A stretch of DNA of 64,000 nucleotides from a bacterium (GTDB lineage: Bacteria > RBG-13-61-14 > DATKZS01): assembly GCA_963674965.2 (NCBI GenBank), contig CAXXFL010000001.1:1184001-1248000 (forward strand), written 5' to 3'. The stretch's first letter is position 1. Each line of letters begins with the position of its first letter. Positions 47,782-57,941 of the stretch are shown here, piece after piece. A model generated the notes under the pieces. The model saw only the letters and a list, made by a program, of their open reading frames with translations. It had not been told where the DNA came from and searched no databases. A program made the position numbers and the translations under genes.

Positions 47782-49038
47782 TTGCATCATTTCGAGTACA
47801 AAGACGGAGAGCTTTGCTGTGAGGAAGTTCCCCTGACCCGGATCGCCGAGGAATTCGGCACTCCCTGCTACGTGTATTCCAAGGCAACCCTCGTCCGTCA
47901 TTTCAAGGCTTTTGACGATCCCTTCGCCGACCTTCCCCACCTGACCTGCTTTTCGGTCAAGGCCTGCTCGAACCTGGCCATCCTCCGGCTTTTCGGGGAC
48001 CTGGGCGGGGGCTTCGACGTGGTCAGCGGCGGCGAGCTGTTCCGAGTGATCAAGGCCGGGTGCGACCCGAGGAAGGTGGCTTACTCCGGCGTGGGCAAGA
48101 CGGCTGACGAGATAGCTTTCGCCTTGGACTCGGACGTATTGATGTTCAACGTGGAGAGCGAGGCCGAGCTAGAGGCCATCGCGAGGATCGCCGAGAAGAA
48201 GGGCAAGAAGGCCCGCCTGTCGGTCCGGGTAAATCCCGAGGTCGACCCCAAAACCCATCCTTACATAGCCACGGGACTTCGGGAGGCCAAGTTCGGGGTC
48301 ATTACCGAGGACGCCCGCAAGATTTACATGAGGACCCTGGAGATGGAATGGGTCGAGGCCATCGGCGTGGACTGCCACATCGGCAGTCAGCTCACCCAGA
48401 CGGCGCCCTTTATCGAGGCCCTTGCCAGATTGATCAATCTTACCTCGTCCCTCCGGGATGACGGATTGGAAATAAAGTACCTCGACCTGGGAGGGGGCCT
48501 GGGCATAACCTATCGCGACGAGAGGCCGCCCCTGCCCAAGGAATACGCCGTCGAGATCGCGGGCGCCATCAAGGAGCTGGGCGTGACCCTTATCCTCGAG
48601 CCCGGCAGGGTGATAGTGGGCAACGCGGCCGTGCTTCTTACCCGGGCGCTTTACGAGAAAAAGACGCCGGATAAAAAGTTCATCATCGTCGACGCGGCCA
48701 TGAACGACTGCATTCGGCCTTCCCTTTACGGCGCGTATCATGACATAAAGCCGGTAAAGGAGGCGGCCGAGGGGAAGGAGGAGGCCGTGGACATGGTGGG
48801 ACCCATTTGCGAGTCCACCGACTTCCTGGCCAAGAACCGGCTCATGCCTCCCTTTAGAGCGGGCGACCTCGCGGCGGTCATGAGCGCCGGGGCTTATTGC
48901 GCGGCCATGGCCAGCAATTACAACTCCAGGCCCCGGGCGGCCGAGGTCCTGGTCTCGGGCGACAAGGCCATGCTCATACGGAAGAGGGAAACTTACGACG
49001 ACGTCATCAGGGGGGAGTCCGTCCCGGACGCCCTATAA
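47782..49038 (+). CDS. lysA: diaminopimelate decarboxylase
   Basis: GTPCYVYS, SVKACSN, FDVVSGGEL, HIGSQ, DLGGG, EPGR, RPSLY, GPICES, GAY..MASNYNSRPR. Confidence 0.96.
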   Translation: MHHFEYKDGELCCEEVPLTRIAEEFGTPCYVYSKATLVRHFKAFDDPFADLPHLTCFSVKACSNLAILRLFGDLGGGFDVVSGGELFRVIKAGCDPRKVAYSGVGKTADEIAFALDSDVLMFNVESEAELEAIARIAEKKGKKARLSVRVNPEVDPKTHPYIATGLREAKFGVITEDARKIYMRTLEMEWVEAIGVDCHIGSQLTQTAPFIEALARLINLTSSLRDDGLEIKYLDLGGGLGITYRDERPPLPKEYAVEIAGAIKELGVTLILEPGRVIVGNAAVLLTRALYEKKTPDKKFIIVDAAMNDCIRPSLYGAYHDIKPVKEAAEGKEEAVDMVGPICESTDFLAKNRLMPPFRAGDLAAVMSAGAYCAAMASNYNSRPRAAEVLVSGDKAMLIRKRETYDDVIRGESVPDAL

Positions 49039-49068
49039 AGGGCCCCCTGGAGGATATCGAGGAAACCG

Positions 49069-49890
49069 ATGGAACTTGAGTTCACTAAAATGCACGGCCT
49101 CGGCAACGACATGGTCGTGCTCGATTCACTGAGTAGCGGCTTTATACCGACCTCCGAGCAGGCCCGGGCCATGCTGCAAAGGCGGTATGGAATCGGCGGA
49201 GACCAGATACTCGTGCTCCTTCCCTCGGAGTCGGCGGACTTCAAGATGCTGATCTTCAACAACGACGGCTCCGAGGTCGAGATGTGCGGGAACGGCGTCC
49301 GCTGCCTTGCCAGGTACATCCACGACCGGGGCATTTCGGACAAGACCCCCCTCGAGATAGAGACCCTGGCCGGGACCATCAAGCCGGAGCTGGTGGGCGA
49401 CCTGGTCAAGGTGGATATGGGCAAACCCATATTCGAGGCCTCGAGGGTCCCGGTCAAAGGAGAGGGAATACTCCGGGGGGTCGAGATGGAGGCGGGCGGC
49501 CGGGTCTTCAAGATGAGCGCGGTCAGCATGGGCAATCCTCACTGCGTGATCGAGACCGACGACGTCGAGGCCGTGCCCCTCTCGGAAATAGGTCCCGTCA
49601 TCGAGAGGCATCCCTGGTTTCCGAACCGGACCAACGTCGAGTTCGTCCAGGTAGTATCGCCCAGGCGGATGATCGTCCGGGTGTGGGAAAGAGGCGCGGG
49701 CATTACCCTGGCCTGCGGCACCGGGGCCTGCGGCGCGGCCGTAGCCATGATGGACCTGGGACGCGTTGGCCGCGAGGTCACCGCGGCCCTTCCGGGAGGA
49801 GACCTGGAAATAAAATGGGACGAGAAGACCGGCCACGTCTTCATGACCGGTCCCGCCCGGGAGGTATACCGGGGCACGATCAAGCTCTAG
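49069..49890 (+). CDS. dapF: diaminopimelate epimerase
   Basis: FTKMHGLGND, NNDGSEVEMCGNGVRC, SMGNPHCV, NVEF, VWERGAGITLACGTGAC. Confidence 0.97.
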   Translation: MELEFTKMHGLGNDMVVLDSLSSGFIPTSEQARAMLQRRYGIGGDQILVLLPSESADFKMLIFNNDGSEVEMCGNGVRCLARYIHDRGISDKTPLEIETLAGTIKPELVGDLVKVDMGKPIFEASRVPVKGEGILRGVEMEAGGRVFKMSAVSMGNPHCVIETDDVEAVPLSEIGPVIERHPWFPNRTNVEFVQVVSPRRMIVRVWERGAGITLACGTGACGAAVAMMDLGRVGREVTAALPGGDLEIKWDEKTGHVFMTGPAREVYRGTIKL

Positions 49891-50144
49891 CCGGGGCGGC
49901 CGTTGCCGCCGACGCCCGGCTCTGATATATTTCACGGAACGCCGGTAATTATTCGTTTGGTGGACGATTTTTATGAGGCCGGCCGGATGGTCCGCCGTCA
50001 AGACGTTTGAAGGCGCAATTCTAAGGCCCGCGGCTTGCGCCGCCCACATAGCGGAGTTGTGTGGATACGCCGCGGCCGGTTGGCGCGCGGGGCGGGGGCC
50101 CCGGCGATCATTGAAACTAAAGCTTGAAAGGAGCGAGGAGACAC

Positions 50145-51977
50145 ATGGTTGAATTCAGCGAGAAAGTCTTGCCCGGGACCTTTTACAACCGCGCCCGGAA
50201 ACATCCCGAGAAGGTCTACCTTATTTCACGGTTCGATGAAACGGGAAAGAAAACGCCCGACGTCCTCCATAACGTGACCTGGGCGCAAACCGAGCGGATC
50301 GTGAGAGACTTCATCAAGGGCCTTAAAGTCATGGGCTTTAAGGACCTCGACCGTCTCGCCGTTTTCGGGCCCAACCGTCCGCGCTGGATTTACTCTTGCT
50401 TCTCGGCCATCGGCCTTCGGGGGACCCACGTTCCCATATATCCTACCAGCAAGGAGGACGACGTCTGGTGGATACTCCAGGACTCTGGCGCCAAGTTCGT
50501 GGTCTGCGGGAGCATGGAGCACGTGGAGAAGGCCCTGGCCGTCAAGGACAGGGTCGAGACCCTGGAGGGGATCATTTTGATGGACCCGCCGCCCGGCGAC
50601 CAGGACGACCGCGTGATCGGCTTCGACCAGGTGCTGCAAAAGGGACGGGACAGCGGCATCTCCGACGACGATCTGGACAAGGCCATCGAGACCATCGGGG
50701 AAGAGGACCTGGCGGCCATTATCTACACCTCCGGCACCACGGGGCGGCCAAAGGGGGTCATGCTCACCCACAAGAACTTCATCGCCCAAAGGCGTCTCGA
50801 GCATAACTTCGACTTCACCGACGAGGAGGTCTTCCTGGCCCATCTTCCCATGTGCCACTCCTTTGGTTTTTCCTCAGACCTTTTAAACGGGACCAACATC
50901 GGCGCGACCCTTTTCGTGGCCGACAGCCTCGAGACCATGGAGATGCGCAAAAACCTGGCCGACTCGAGGCCCACCTTCATGGCCTCCGTGCCCCGGTTGT
51001 GGGAGAAGTTCTACATCCAGATCGGGCAGACCATCAAGGAGCAGTCGCCCTTCAAGCAAAAGCTGGTCGGCTGGGCCATCGAGGTCGGACAGGAGGCCTA
51101 CAAGACCAAGACCGACGGAAAGCCCCTGTCCCCGGTCCTTCAGCTCAAGGCAAAGTTCGCCTCCCGCATTTTCGGCAAGATCAAGGCCAGGGTCGGCCTG
51201 GACCGGCTCAAATACAGCGCCACCGGCGGCGGTCCCATTAACGCCAAGCTGATATACTTCTTCGGCGGCATGGGGATCGAGCTCTTCCAGGGGTTCGGCC
51301 TGACCGAGACGGCCCCCATCATCTACGCCAACCATCCCAAGGCCAACAAGATCGGGACCGTGGGCAAGCCCCTGGACAACATGGAGGGAAAGATAGCCGA
51401 GGACGGCGAAATACTGGTTCGCGGCCCGCAGATCATGACGGGCTATTACAACAACCCCGAGGCCACCAGGGAAGTGCTCGACGCCGAAGGGTGGTTCTAT
51501 ACAGGCGACATCGGGGAGATCGACTCGGAGGGTTTCCTTAGAATAACCGACAGGAAAAAGGAACTCATCATCACCTCGGGCGGAAAGAACATCGCCCCCC
51601 AGCCCATCGAGAACGAGTTCAACACCGATCCCTACATCGAGATGATCTGCGCCATCGGCGACGGCCGGAAGTTCATATCCGCCCTGGTGGTTCCCGAGTT
51701 CGACAACGTCAAGGCCTGGCTGAAGGAAAAGACCGGCGAGACCATTGACGACAACCAAAAGCTCATCGAGAACGAGCAGGTCAAGGAGCTTATCCAGGAG
51801 AGGATCGGCGAGGCCAACAAGCGCCTGGCCAAGTACGAGCAGATCAAAAAGTACGTGATCCTTTCCCAGCCCTTCGCCGAGGAGTCGGGAGAGCTTACGC
51901 CGTCACAGAAAAAGAAGCGCCGCGTAATCCACCAGAAGTACGAGAGCGAGATCGAGGGCATGTACCCCTCGGACTAA
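50145..51977 (+). CDS. long-chain fatty acid--CoA ligase (AMP-dependent synthetase, FadD15-like)
   Basis: IIYTSGTTGRPKGVMLTH, SVPRLWEK, GFGLTET, GEILVRGP, GWFYTGDIG, ITDRKKELIITSGGKNIAP; ATG 50145 with GAGGAG RBS. Confidence 0.93.
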   Translation: MVEFSEKVLPGTFYNRARKHPEKVYLISRFDETGKKTPDVLHNVTWAQTERIVRDFIKGLKVMGFKDLDRLAVFGPNRPRWIYSCFSAIGLRGTHVPIYPTSKEDDVWWILQDSGAKFVVCGSMEHVEKALAVKDRVETLEGIILMDPPPGDQDDRVIGFDQVLQKGRDSGISDDDLDKAIETIGEEDLAAIIYTSGTTGRPKGVMLTHKNFIAQRRLEHNFDFTDEEVFLAHLPMCHSFGFSSDLLNGTNIGATLFVADSLETMEMRKNLADSRPTFMASVPRLWEKFYIQIGQTIKEQSPFKQKLVGWAIEVGQEAYKTKTDGKPLSPVLQLKAKFASRIFGKIKARVGLDRLKYSATGGGPINAKLIYFFGGMGIELFQGFGLTETAPIIYANHPKANKIGTVGKPLDNMEGKIAEDGEILVRGPQIMTGYYNNPEATREVLDAEGWFYTGDIGEIDSEGFLRITDRKKELIITSGGKNIAPQPIENEFNTDPYIEMICAIGDGRKFISALVVPEFDNVKAWLKEKTGETIDDNQKLIENEQVKELIQERIGEANKRLAKYEQIKKYVILSQPFAEESGELTPSQKKKRRVIHQKYESEIEGMYPSD

Positions 51978-51986
51978 GGGGAAAAA

Positions 51987-52745
51987 TTGATACCTATCGA
52001 TCTTGCCGGCAAGGCCGCCGTCGTTACCGGCGGCGGCCGCGGCATTGGAAGGGCCGTTGCCCTCGAGCTGGCCAGGGCCGGCGCCGACGTTCTGGTCACG
52101 GCCCGCACGGCCGGACAGCTCGAGGAAACGGCGGGCCTCATCGAGGACCTGGGCCGGAGGGCCCTGATCCTGGCCGGCGACGCTTCCCTCCCGGAAACGG
52201 CCGAGAAGGCGGTGAAAACCGCGGCCGGGAACATCGGCGGACCCCACCTCCTGGTAAACAACGCGGGCATGGAGATCGTGAAAAGCCTCCTGGACTCGAG
52301 CCCCGAGGACTTCGACCTCATCATGAACGTCAACGTCAAGAGCATGATGCTCTTCACCCGGGCGGCCGGAAAATACATGATCGAGAACGGCGGCGGCAAG
52401 ATCGTCAACATGGCCTCGACCGGCGGCTTTATCGCGGGCCCCAACCAGTCCCTTTACCACGCCAGCAAGGCCGCCTGCGCCCATTTCACCAAGGCCATGG
52501 CCATCGAGTGGGCCAGGTACAAGATCAACGTCAACGCCGTTGCTCCCGGCTGGGTGGACACGGAGTTGATTTCCTTCATCACCGGCAATGAGGACGCCTT
52601 CAAGAAATACATCAAGGGCGTGCCCATGCGGCGGGTGGCCGATCCCCGGGAGGTTGCCTTTGCGGTGGCCTTTCTCTGCTCCGACCTCGCCTCCTACATG
52701 ACCGGCTCCGTTGTCGTGGTCGACGGCGGCCTGATGATTCCCTGA
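51987..52745 (+). CDS. SDR family NAD(P)-dependent oxidoreductase (FabG/KduD-like)
   Basis: TGGGRGIG, LVNNAG, catalytic YHASK, VNAVAPG, YMTG..VVVDGG. Confidence 0.93.
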   Translation: MIPIDLAGKAAVVTGGGRGIGRAVALELARAGADVLVTARTAGQLEETAGLIEDLGRRALILAGDASLPETAEKAVKTAAGNIGGPHLLVNNAGMEIVKSLLDSSPEDFDLIMNVNVKSMMLFTRAAGKYMIENGGGKIVNMASTGGFIAGPNQSLYHASKAACAHFTKAMAIEWARYKINVNAVAPGWVDTELISFITGNEDAFKKYIKGVPMRRVADPREVAFAVAFLCSDLASYMTGSVVVVDGGLMIP

Positions 52746-52793
52746 GTACTTGGCGCTATAATAAATAATTGGCTATTGCCATGGAGGTGCGAA

Positions 52794-53693
52794 ATGAAAC
52801 GCTCGTGGAAGCTCGCGTTGGCTATAATTATTGTGGGGCTGCTGCTGGGAGGAGTCAGGCTTCTGGCCCTTGGCCCGGCCGACTTTCCCGACGGCCAGGT
52901 AGTGTTCGAGCCCTATAAGATCGAGCCCGGCGTCGTTCTGCCCGGCGAGGTATGTAAATACCGGTTTTTCTGGAAGGGCAGTCTTCTGACCCAGGACGTT
53001 TTCATTCCCGCGGCGGAGGGGGTCGTCAAGGTGGAAAAACATCCCACCAGGCCCGGGTGGCAGTGCCACCGCGCCGACGGCGTGACCATCCCCCCGGCGT
53101 CCCTTATCTTCAAGGCCGACGACGGGGTCTTCGAGTGCATGGACGCCGCGACTTGGAAGGCGGACCAGTACTCGATTCGCATCCGGGAATCCTTCGATTA
53201 TTACGACCTGTCCATGACCTTCGACCAGGAGAAGAAAACCCTCGACCGGGTCAGAACAAGGCGAAAAGGTGAGACCCGACGGACCTTCGATTTCACGCAG
53301 GGTTACGGACCCGTCGGCGCGGTGGCCTTGTCCCGAAGCATGGCCTGGGAGGTGGGCGACGAGCGCAAGTTCGAGGTCATGGACGGAAACGAGCGCTGGC
53401 TCATCGTTTTAAAGTGCGAGGCGGAGGAGGACGTTACCGTTCCCGCGGGTACTTTCCATGCCCTTCGCTTCCAGCCCAGCCTTTTCCTCATGCCCAAAAA
53501 CCCGTCCTTCGAGACCAAGCGCTATTGGGAAAAAGAAAGGGAAAGAGAGGCCACCACCGACTCGAGAATTAAAACCGCCAAGATATGGTCGCAAAAAGAA
53601 CCGCCCAGGGTGCTGCTCAAGTTTCAAAGCGAGGTTTTTTTCGGCCACGTTTACGGAGAGCTCGTCGAGTACACGCCGGGGACCGCCGAGTGA
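52794..53693 (+). CDS. DUF3108-like exported beta-rich protein
   Basis: N-terminal signal/TM; PGEVCKY..W; EDVTVPAGTF motif; beta-rich C-terminus; GGAGG RBS before ATG 52794. Confidence 0.65.
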   Translation: MKRSWKLALAIIIVGLLLGGVRLLALGPADFPDGQVVFEPYKIEPGVVLPGEVCKYRFFWKGSLLTQDVFIPAAEGVVKVEKHPTRPGWQCHRADGVTIPPASLIFKADDGVFECMDAATWKADQYSIRIRESFDYYDLSMTFDQEKKTLDRVRTRRKGETRRTFDFTQGYGPVGAVALSRSMAWEVGDERKFEVMDGNERWLIVLKCEAEEDVTVPAGTFHALRFQPSLFLMPKNPSFETKRYWEKEREREATTDSRIKTAKIWSQKEPPRVLLKFQSEVFFGHVYGELVEYTPGTAE

Positions 53694-54745
53694 CCGACTA
53701 CGTCATCGAGGACTTCAGGGGCGACGCCGAGGCCCTCGAGCGCATGGCCCACGCGGCCTGGCGCGACGAGTACGCCGTGGACTCCTACCCCAACCTTTAC
53801 AAGCCCGACTACCTCGAGTATCTCATGAAGAACGTGGACGACCCCCGCATGGCCATCGCCGCCTACGAGGGGGACGAGCCGGTTGGGTTTATCCTCAACC
53901 TGCCTCGCGTGATGGTCATGGGCGGCAAGGAATACCGGGCGGCCCTTTCCTGCCTCCTGGTGGTGAGGAAGAAGACCTTCCGCCAGGGCCTGGCCCAGGC
54001 CATGATCCAGGAGGGATTGAAAAGGAACAAGGAACTCAACTTCGACTTCACCCTCTTTTACCTCGAGACCGGACACCGCTCGAGCAAGCTCTTTAACAAA
54101 CTCGCCGGCGCGGGAATGCCCATCGCGAGGGTGAAGAGGATGCACGTCATCGCCCGCGTGCTCGATCTCGACAAGCTCCGCTCGAGCGAGAACGTTAAAT
54201 CATACGAGGCGCTGGCCATCAAGCTCCTTGGCGCCCACAATCCTCCCGCCGATCCTGGCGACCCCCGCGTCAGGGAGGCCGGCCCATCCGACGCGCCCGG
54301 GATTCTCGAGCTTCTTAACGCCCACGTGGGCAAGGTAAGGCTGGCCAGGAAGTTCGAACTGGAGGAGATGACAAGGGAGCTTTTCCATCCGCCCATAGCC
54401 AGGACGCTGGTTTACGAGAAGGAAGGCAACATCCGCGGCGTTCTGGCCTACGTGATCGTGGACCACGTGGGAAGGATTCACGCTCCCTGGGCCTGGATCA
54501 ACCACGTGGCCTGGGATGGCCTGAGTCTTTCCGAAAGGGTCCGGCTCGTTAAAAGCTTCCTGGCCCGCGTTTCCTCAGAGGGAGCCACGGGAGTGGTCGA
54601 GTGGTCGAAAAAAGTCTACCCCACTTCCGCCCTTTACGCTTCCCGCTTCGTTCCCTACCCCAGGACCATCGACATGATGGCCTGGCGGTTCATCGACGGG
54701 ATATCCCTGTCCAACGTGCCCGACGTCTACGAGGTCCAGATATAA
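53690..54745 (+). CDS. tandem-GNAT acyltransferase resembling N-myristoyltransferase
   Basis: GNAT motif A LLVVRKKTFRQGLAQAMI; second GNAT half VREAGPSDAPGILELLN; GTG 53690 overlaps upstream stop (GTGA). Confidence 0.7.
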   Translation: MTDYVIEDFRGDAEALERMAHAAWRDEYAVDSYPNLYKPDYLEYLMKNVDDPRMAIAAYEGDEPVGFILNLPRVMVMGGKEYRAALSCLLVVRKKTFRQGLAQAMIQEGLKRNKELNFDFTLFYLETGHRSSKLFNKLAGAGMPIARVKRMHVIARVLDLDKLRSSENVKSYEALAIKLLGAHNPPADPGDPRVREAGPSDAPGILELLNAHVGKVRLARKFELEEMTRELFHPPIARTLVYEKEGNIRGVLAYVIVDHVGRIHAPWAWINHVAWDGLSLSERVRLVKSFLARVSSEGATGVVEWSKKVYPTSALYASRFVPYPRTIDMMAWRFIDGISLSNVPDVYEVQI

Positions 54746-54910
54746 TACCGACCTTCCCGAGGCCCGGCCCCCGGATGCCATTTCTGTCGAGTCCCTTTTC
54801 TTGCTATAAAGGTAACGTGGGATTATAGTTCTTGTTGAGGCGGCCTTTTTCTCGCCGTCCGGCTTTTAGCCCATGACCGGGCCCGGCCGGGAAGCCGCGC
54901 CGACAATCTC

Positions 54911-56398
54911 ATGACCTACAGGCCAATCAAAAAGGTGATGCTCGTTTTTCCTCCCATGGCCAACACGCGCCTGACGAACAACATCTGCGCCCCGCCCATG
55001 GGCATAGCCTCGCTGGCCGCTTACCTTCGGGAGAACTCGGAGGTCGAGATCAAGGCGCTGGACTCGGTTGTCGAGGGCTTCGAGATAGTGGAGGACCTGG
55101 GCCGCGACGTCGTCAAGATAGGACTGTCCTACGGCGAGATACAAAAGAGGATAAGAGAATTCGGTCCCGACCTTCTGGGCGTGTCCAATATCTTCTCGAG
55201 CCAGTTCCCCTTTACGCGCGAGATCGTAAAACGGGCCAAGGCCGAGGACCCCGACCTCTTCGCCGTTACTGGAGGAACGTACCCTTCCTTTATGCCCGAG
55301 AGGGCCCTCGAGACGACCGAGCTGGACGCGGTAGTGATCGGGGAGGGAGAGCTTCCTCTCAAGTCGATAATCGAAGCGATCAATCAAGGCAAAACGCCCG
55401 AGGGTCTCGCGGCAATCGCGCTCAAGACCGGCGAGGGCCTTTCGGTCAACAAACAAAAGCACATGATCGAGGACCTCGACTCGCTTCCCCTGCCCGCTCG
55501 AGATTTGTTTCCCGTCGAGCGCTATTTCGAGATCAACCTTCCCATGCAGTCCATCAGCCGGGACAGGCGGAACCTGTCGGTGGCCACCTCGAGGGGATGT
55601 CCCTATAAGTGCCAATTTTGTTCCTCCACCATTCACTGGGGACACAAATACAGGACGAGAAGCGTGGAAAAGGTACTGGACGAGCTGGATCATTTAAAAA
55701 GTACATACTCGATCGGGGAGATCAAGTTCGAGGACGACAACCTTTCCTTCGACCAAAAACGGGCCAAGGCCCTCTTCAGGGGCATGATCGAAAGGGGCCT
55801 TACCTTCCATTGGAACACGCCCAACGGGATCGCCGTCAGGCACCTGGACGACGAGATGCTCTCGCTCATGAAAAAGAGCGGCTGCTATGAACTGACCCTG
55901 GCCGTCGAGAGCGGGGACCAGGACGTGCTTCGCGATATTATCCATAAGCCCCTGAAACTCGAGGAGGCAAGGGACGCCGCCAAAAGAATCAAAGACCACG
56001 GCATCGAGACGGCCGGCTACTTCATCATCGGTTTTCCAGGAGAGACTAAAAAGCAGGTGCAAAACACTCTGGATTTCGCCGTGTCCCTCGCCCTGGACCG
56101 GGTCTATATCTTCATGTACACGCCCCTTCCCGGCACTCCGCTGGCAGAGCGGGCCATCGCCGAGGGGCTGGTGAGGGACGACTTCGATTTCGAAAAGGAG
56201 AACAATTATTTCCTGCCCTCGGTCAAGCTCCCGGACCTTTCCTGGGAGGAGATGATCTCCATGCAGCGTCGGGCCTTCTGGAGAAGCAACCTGCGCCTCC
56301 TTTACACCCGGCCCGACCGCTTTATCAGGAAATACGGCTCGACCATTTACAACCATCCCGAGCTGGTCCTCAAGTTTTTCCGCGCCATAAGGCTTTAG
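54911..56398 (+). CDS. B12-binding domain radical SAM protein (paralogue 1)
   Basis: PPMGIASLAAYL, PDLLGVS, GGTYPS, GEGE, LPLPARDL, TSRGCPYKCQFC, EDDN, AVESG, FIIGFPGET, PLPGT. Confidence 0.92.
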   Translation: MTYRPIKKVMLVFPPMANTRLTNNICAPPMGIASLAAYLRENSEVEIKALDSVVEGFEIVEDLGRDVVKIGLSYGEIQKRIREFGPDLLGVSNIFSSQFPFTREIVKRAKAEDPDLFAVTGGTYPSFMPERALETTELDAVVIGEGELPLKSIIEAINQGKTPEGLAAIALKTGEGLSVNKQKHMIEDLDSLPLPARDLFPVERYFEINLPMQSISRDRRNLSVATSRGCPYKCQFCSSTIHWGHKYRTRSVEKVLDELDHLKSTYSIGEIKFEDDNLSFDQKRAKALFRGMIERGLTFHWNTPNGIAVRHLDDEMLSLMKKSGCYELTLAVESGDQDVLRDIIHKPLKLEEARDAAKRIKDHGIETAGYFIIGFPGETKKQVQNTLDFAVSLALDRVYIFMYTPLPGTPLAERAIAEGLVRDDFDFEKENNYFLPSVKLPDLSWEEMISMQRRAFWRSNLRLLYTRPDRFIRKYGSTIYNHPELVLKFFRAIRL

Positions 56399-56410
56399 GG
56401 AGAGACGCCC

Positions 56411-57925
56411 GTGAAGGTCCGGCCCATCGCGCGCGCGCTTTTCATCTATCCTCCCGAGAGGGCGCTCAAGGGCTTTTTCCGCGCCAACGTTCCCCCCCTC
56501 GGGGCCGCTTGCCTGGCCGCCTGGATAGGAGACCGGTGCGAGACCGCCATCCTCGACGCCAAGCTCGAGGGCTATGACAGCGTCTCGGTGGACGGCCCCT
56601 TCGAGGTCTACGGCCTGGGCATGGACGAGATCGAGTCGAGGGTGAGGGCCTTCAAGCCGGACCTGGTCGGCTTAACGTGCCTGGCCTCCTTTAACTGGCC
56701 CGAGGTTAAAAAAATCGCGGCCCTGGTTAAGAGGGTTGGCCCCGATATCCTGGTGGTGGCGGGCGGTACTCACCCGGCCTTTCTTTACGAGCAATGCCTG
56801 GCCGAGGCCCCGGAGATCGATCTGATCGTCCGGGGGGAGGGAGAACTCGCGCTCTCCAAAATTCTTGACGCGGCGACGGCGGGAAAAAACATAGACGTGA
56901 TTCAAGGAATGGCCTTCAGGAAAGAGGACGGGACTGTCCAGGCCAACGGTTTCTCGGAGCCGGTGGAAAGTCTCGACGAGCTGCCATTTCCGGCGCGGCA
57001 TCTTCTTGACATGGACGGTTACTTCGAGACCAGGGCGCCCTTTTCCCGGACCTTCCGCCATAAACGGAACACCAGCATCCAGACCTCGCGCGGCTGCCCT
57101 GCGCACTGCACTTTTTGCTCGTCGGCCAACTTTTGGGGGCACGGCTTCCGGCCTCAGTCTCCCGGCCGGGTGCTGGCGGAAATTGAGCATCTTATCGACC
57201 GCTATGGGATAAGGGAGCTTCAGTTCGTGGACGACAACCTTGTCTTCGATCGCGACCGGGCGGTGAGCATCTTCGAGGGCATGATTGAGAGGGACCTTGG
57301 CCTCGAGTGGTGCATGCCCAACGGGGTGGCCCTGTGGAGGCTCGATCCCGAGCTGATCGCCTTGATGAGGAGGGCGGGCTGCTACAGCATGACCTTGGCC
57401 TTCGAGTCGGGCAACCAGCGGGTGCTGTCGCGCTTGGTAAAGAAGCCCTTGAACCTTAAAAAAGTCCCGCCCCTGATCGAGGAGATGAAGAGGCAGGACG
57501 TCCAGATTCACGCCTTTTTCATTTCCGGCTTTCCCGGCGAGACCAGGGAGGAAATGCTGGACACCTATCGGCTGGCGAAAAGTCTCGATTTAGACGGGGC
57601 CTACTTCTTTATCGCCACCCCCCTTCCGGGCACCGAGCTTTGCCGGACCTGCGAGGACGAGGGTTATATCGACCCGGACCTGGACTTCACCAAGATCGAG
57701 TTCAACAAGGGGCATATCAACACTCCGGACTGGACGGCCGAGGAAGTCGAGCGCCTGGCGGGCTCATTTTATCTTCGATTCATGGTTTCCGTTTTGTCGC
57801 GTCATCCCCTCCGTTTTTTTAAAAACTACGGAGGCGTTATTATAAAGAGGCCGGGATACACTCTCGTTCATTTCCTGGTTTTTATCAAGCGCTCGCTCCT
57901 CAGGCTGTTGGGGCGCGGCGACTGA
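56411..57925 (+). CDS. B12-binding domain radical SAM protein (paralogue 2)
   Basis: PPLGAACLAA, PDLVGLT, GGTHP, GEGE, TSRGCPAHCTFC, VDDN, AFESG, FISGFPGET, PLPGT. Confidence 0.92.
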   Translation: MKVRPIARALFIYPPERALKGFFRANVPPLGAACLAAWIGDRCETAILDAKLEGYDSVSVDGPFEVYGLGMDEIESRVRAFKPDLVGLTCLASFNWPEVKKIAALVKRVGPDILVVAGGTHPAFLYEQCLAEAPEIDLIVRGEGELALSKILDAATAGKNIDVIQGMAFRKEDGTVQANGFSEPVESLDELPFPARHLLDMDGYFETRAPFSRTFRHKRNTSIQTSRGCPAHCTFCSSANFWGHGFRPQSPGRVLAEIEHLIDRYGIRELQFVDDNLVFDRDRAVSIFEGMIERDLGLEWCMPNGVALWRLDPELIALMRRAGCYSMTLAFESGNQRVLSRLVKKPLNLKKVPPLIEEMKRQDVQIHAFFISGFPGETREEMLDTYRLAKSLDLDGAYFFIATPLPGTELCRTCEDEGYIDPDLDFTKIEFNKGHINTPDWTAEEVERLAGSFYLRFMVSVLSRHPLRFFKNYGGVIIKRPGYTLVHFLVFIKRSLLRLLGRGD

Positions 57926-57941
57926 GACCGGAGGTTTTTTT

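Noticed and set aside
53585-53689. Longer start for the GNAT protein
   Set aside because: Overlaps the upstream gene by 100 nt; GTG 53690 with GTGA coupling is more plausible
54746-54910. RiPP precursor peptide for the radical SAM trio
   Set aside because: No small ORF with RBS and leader/core structure in this gap or in the other cluster gaps
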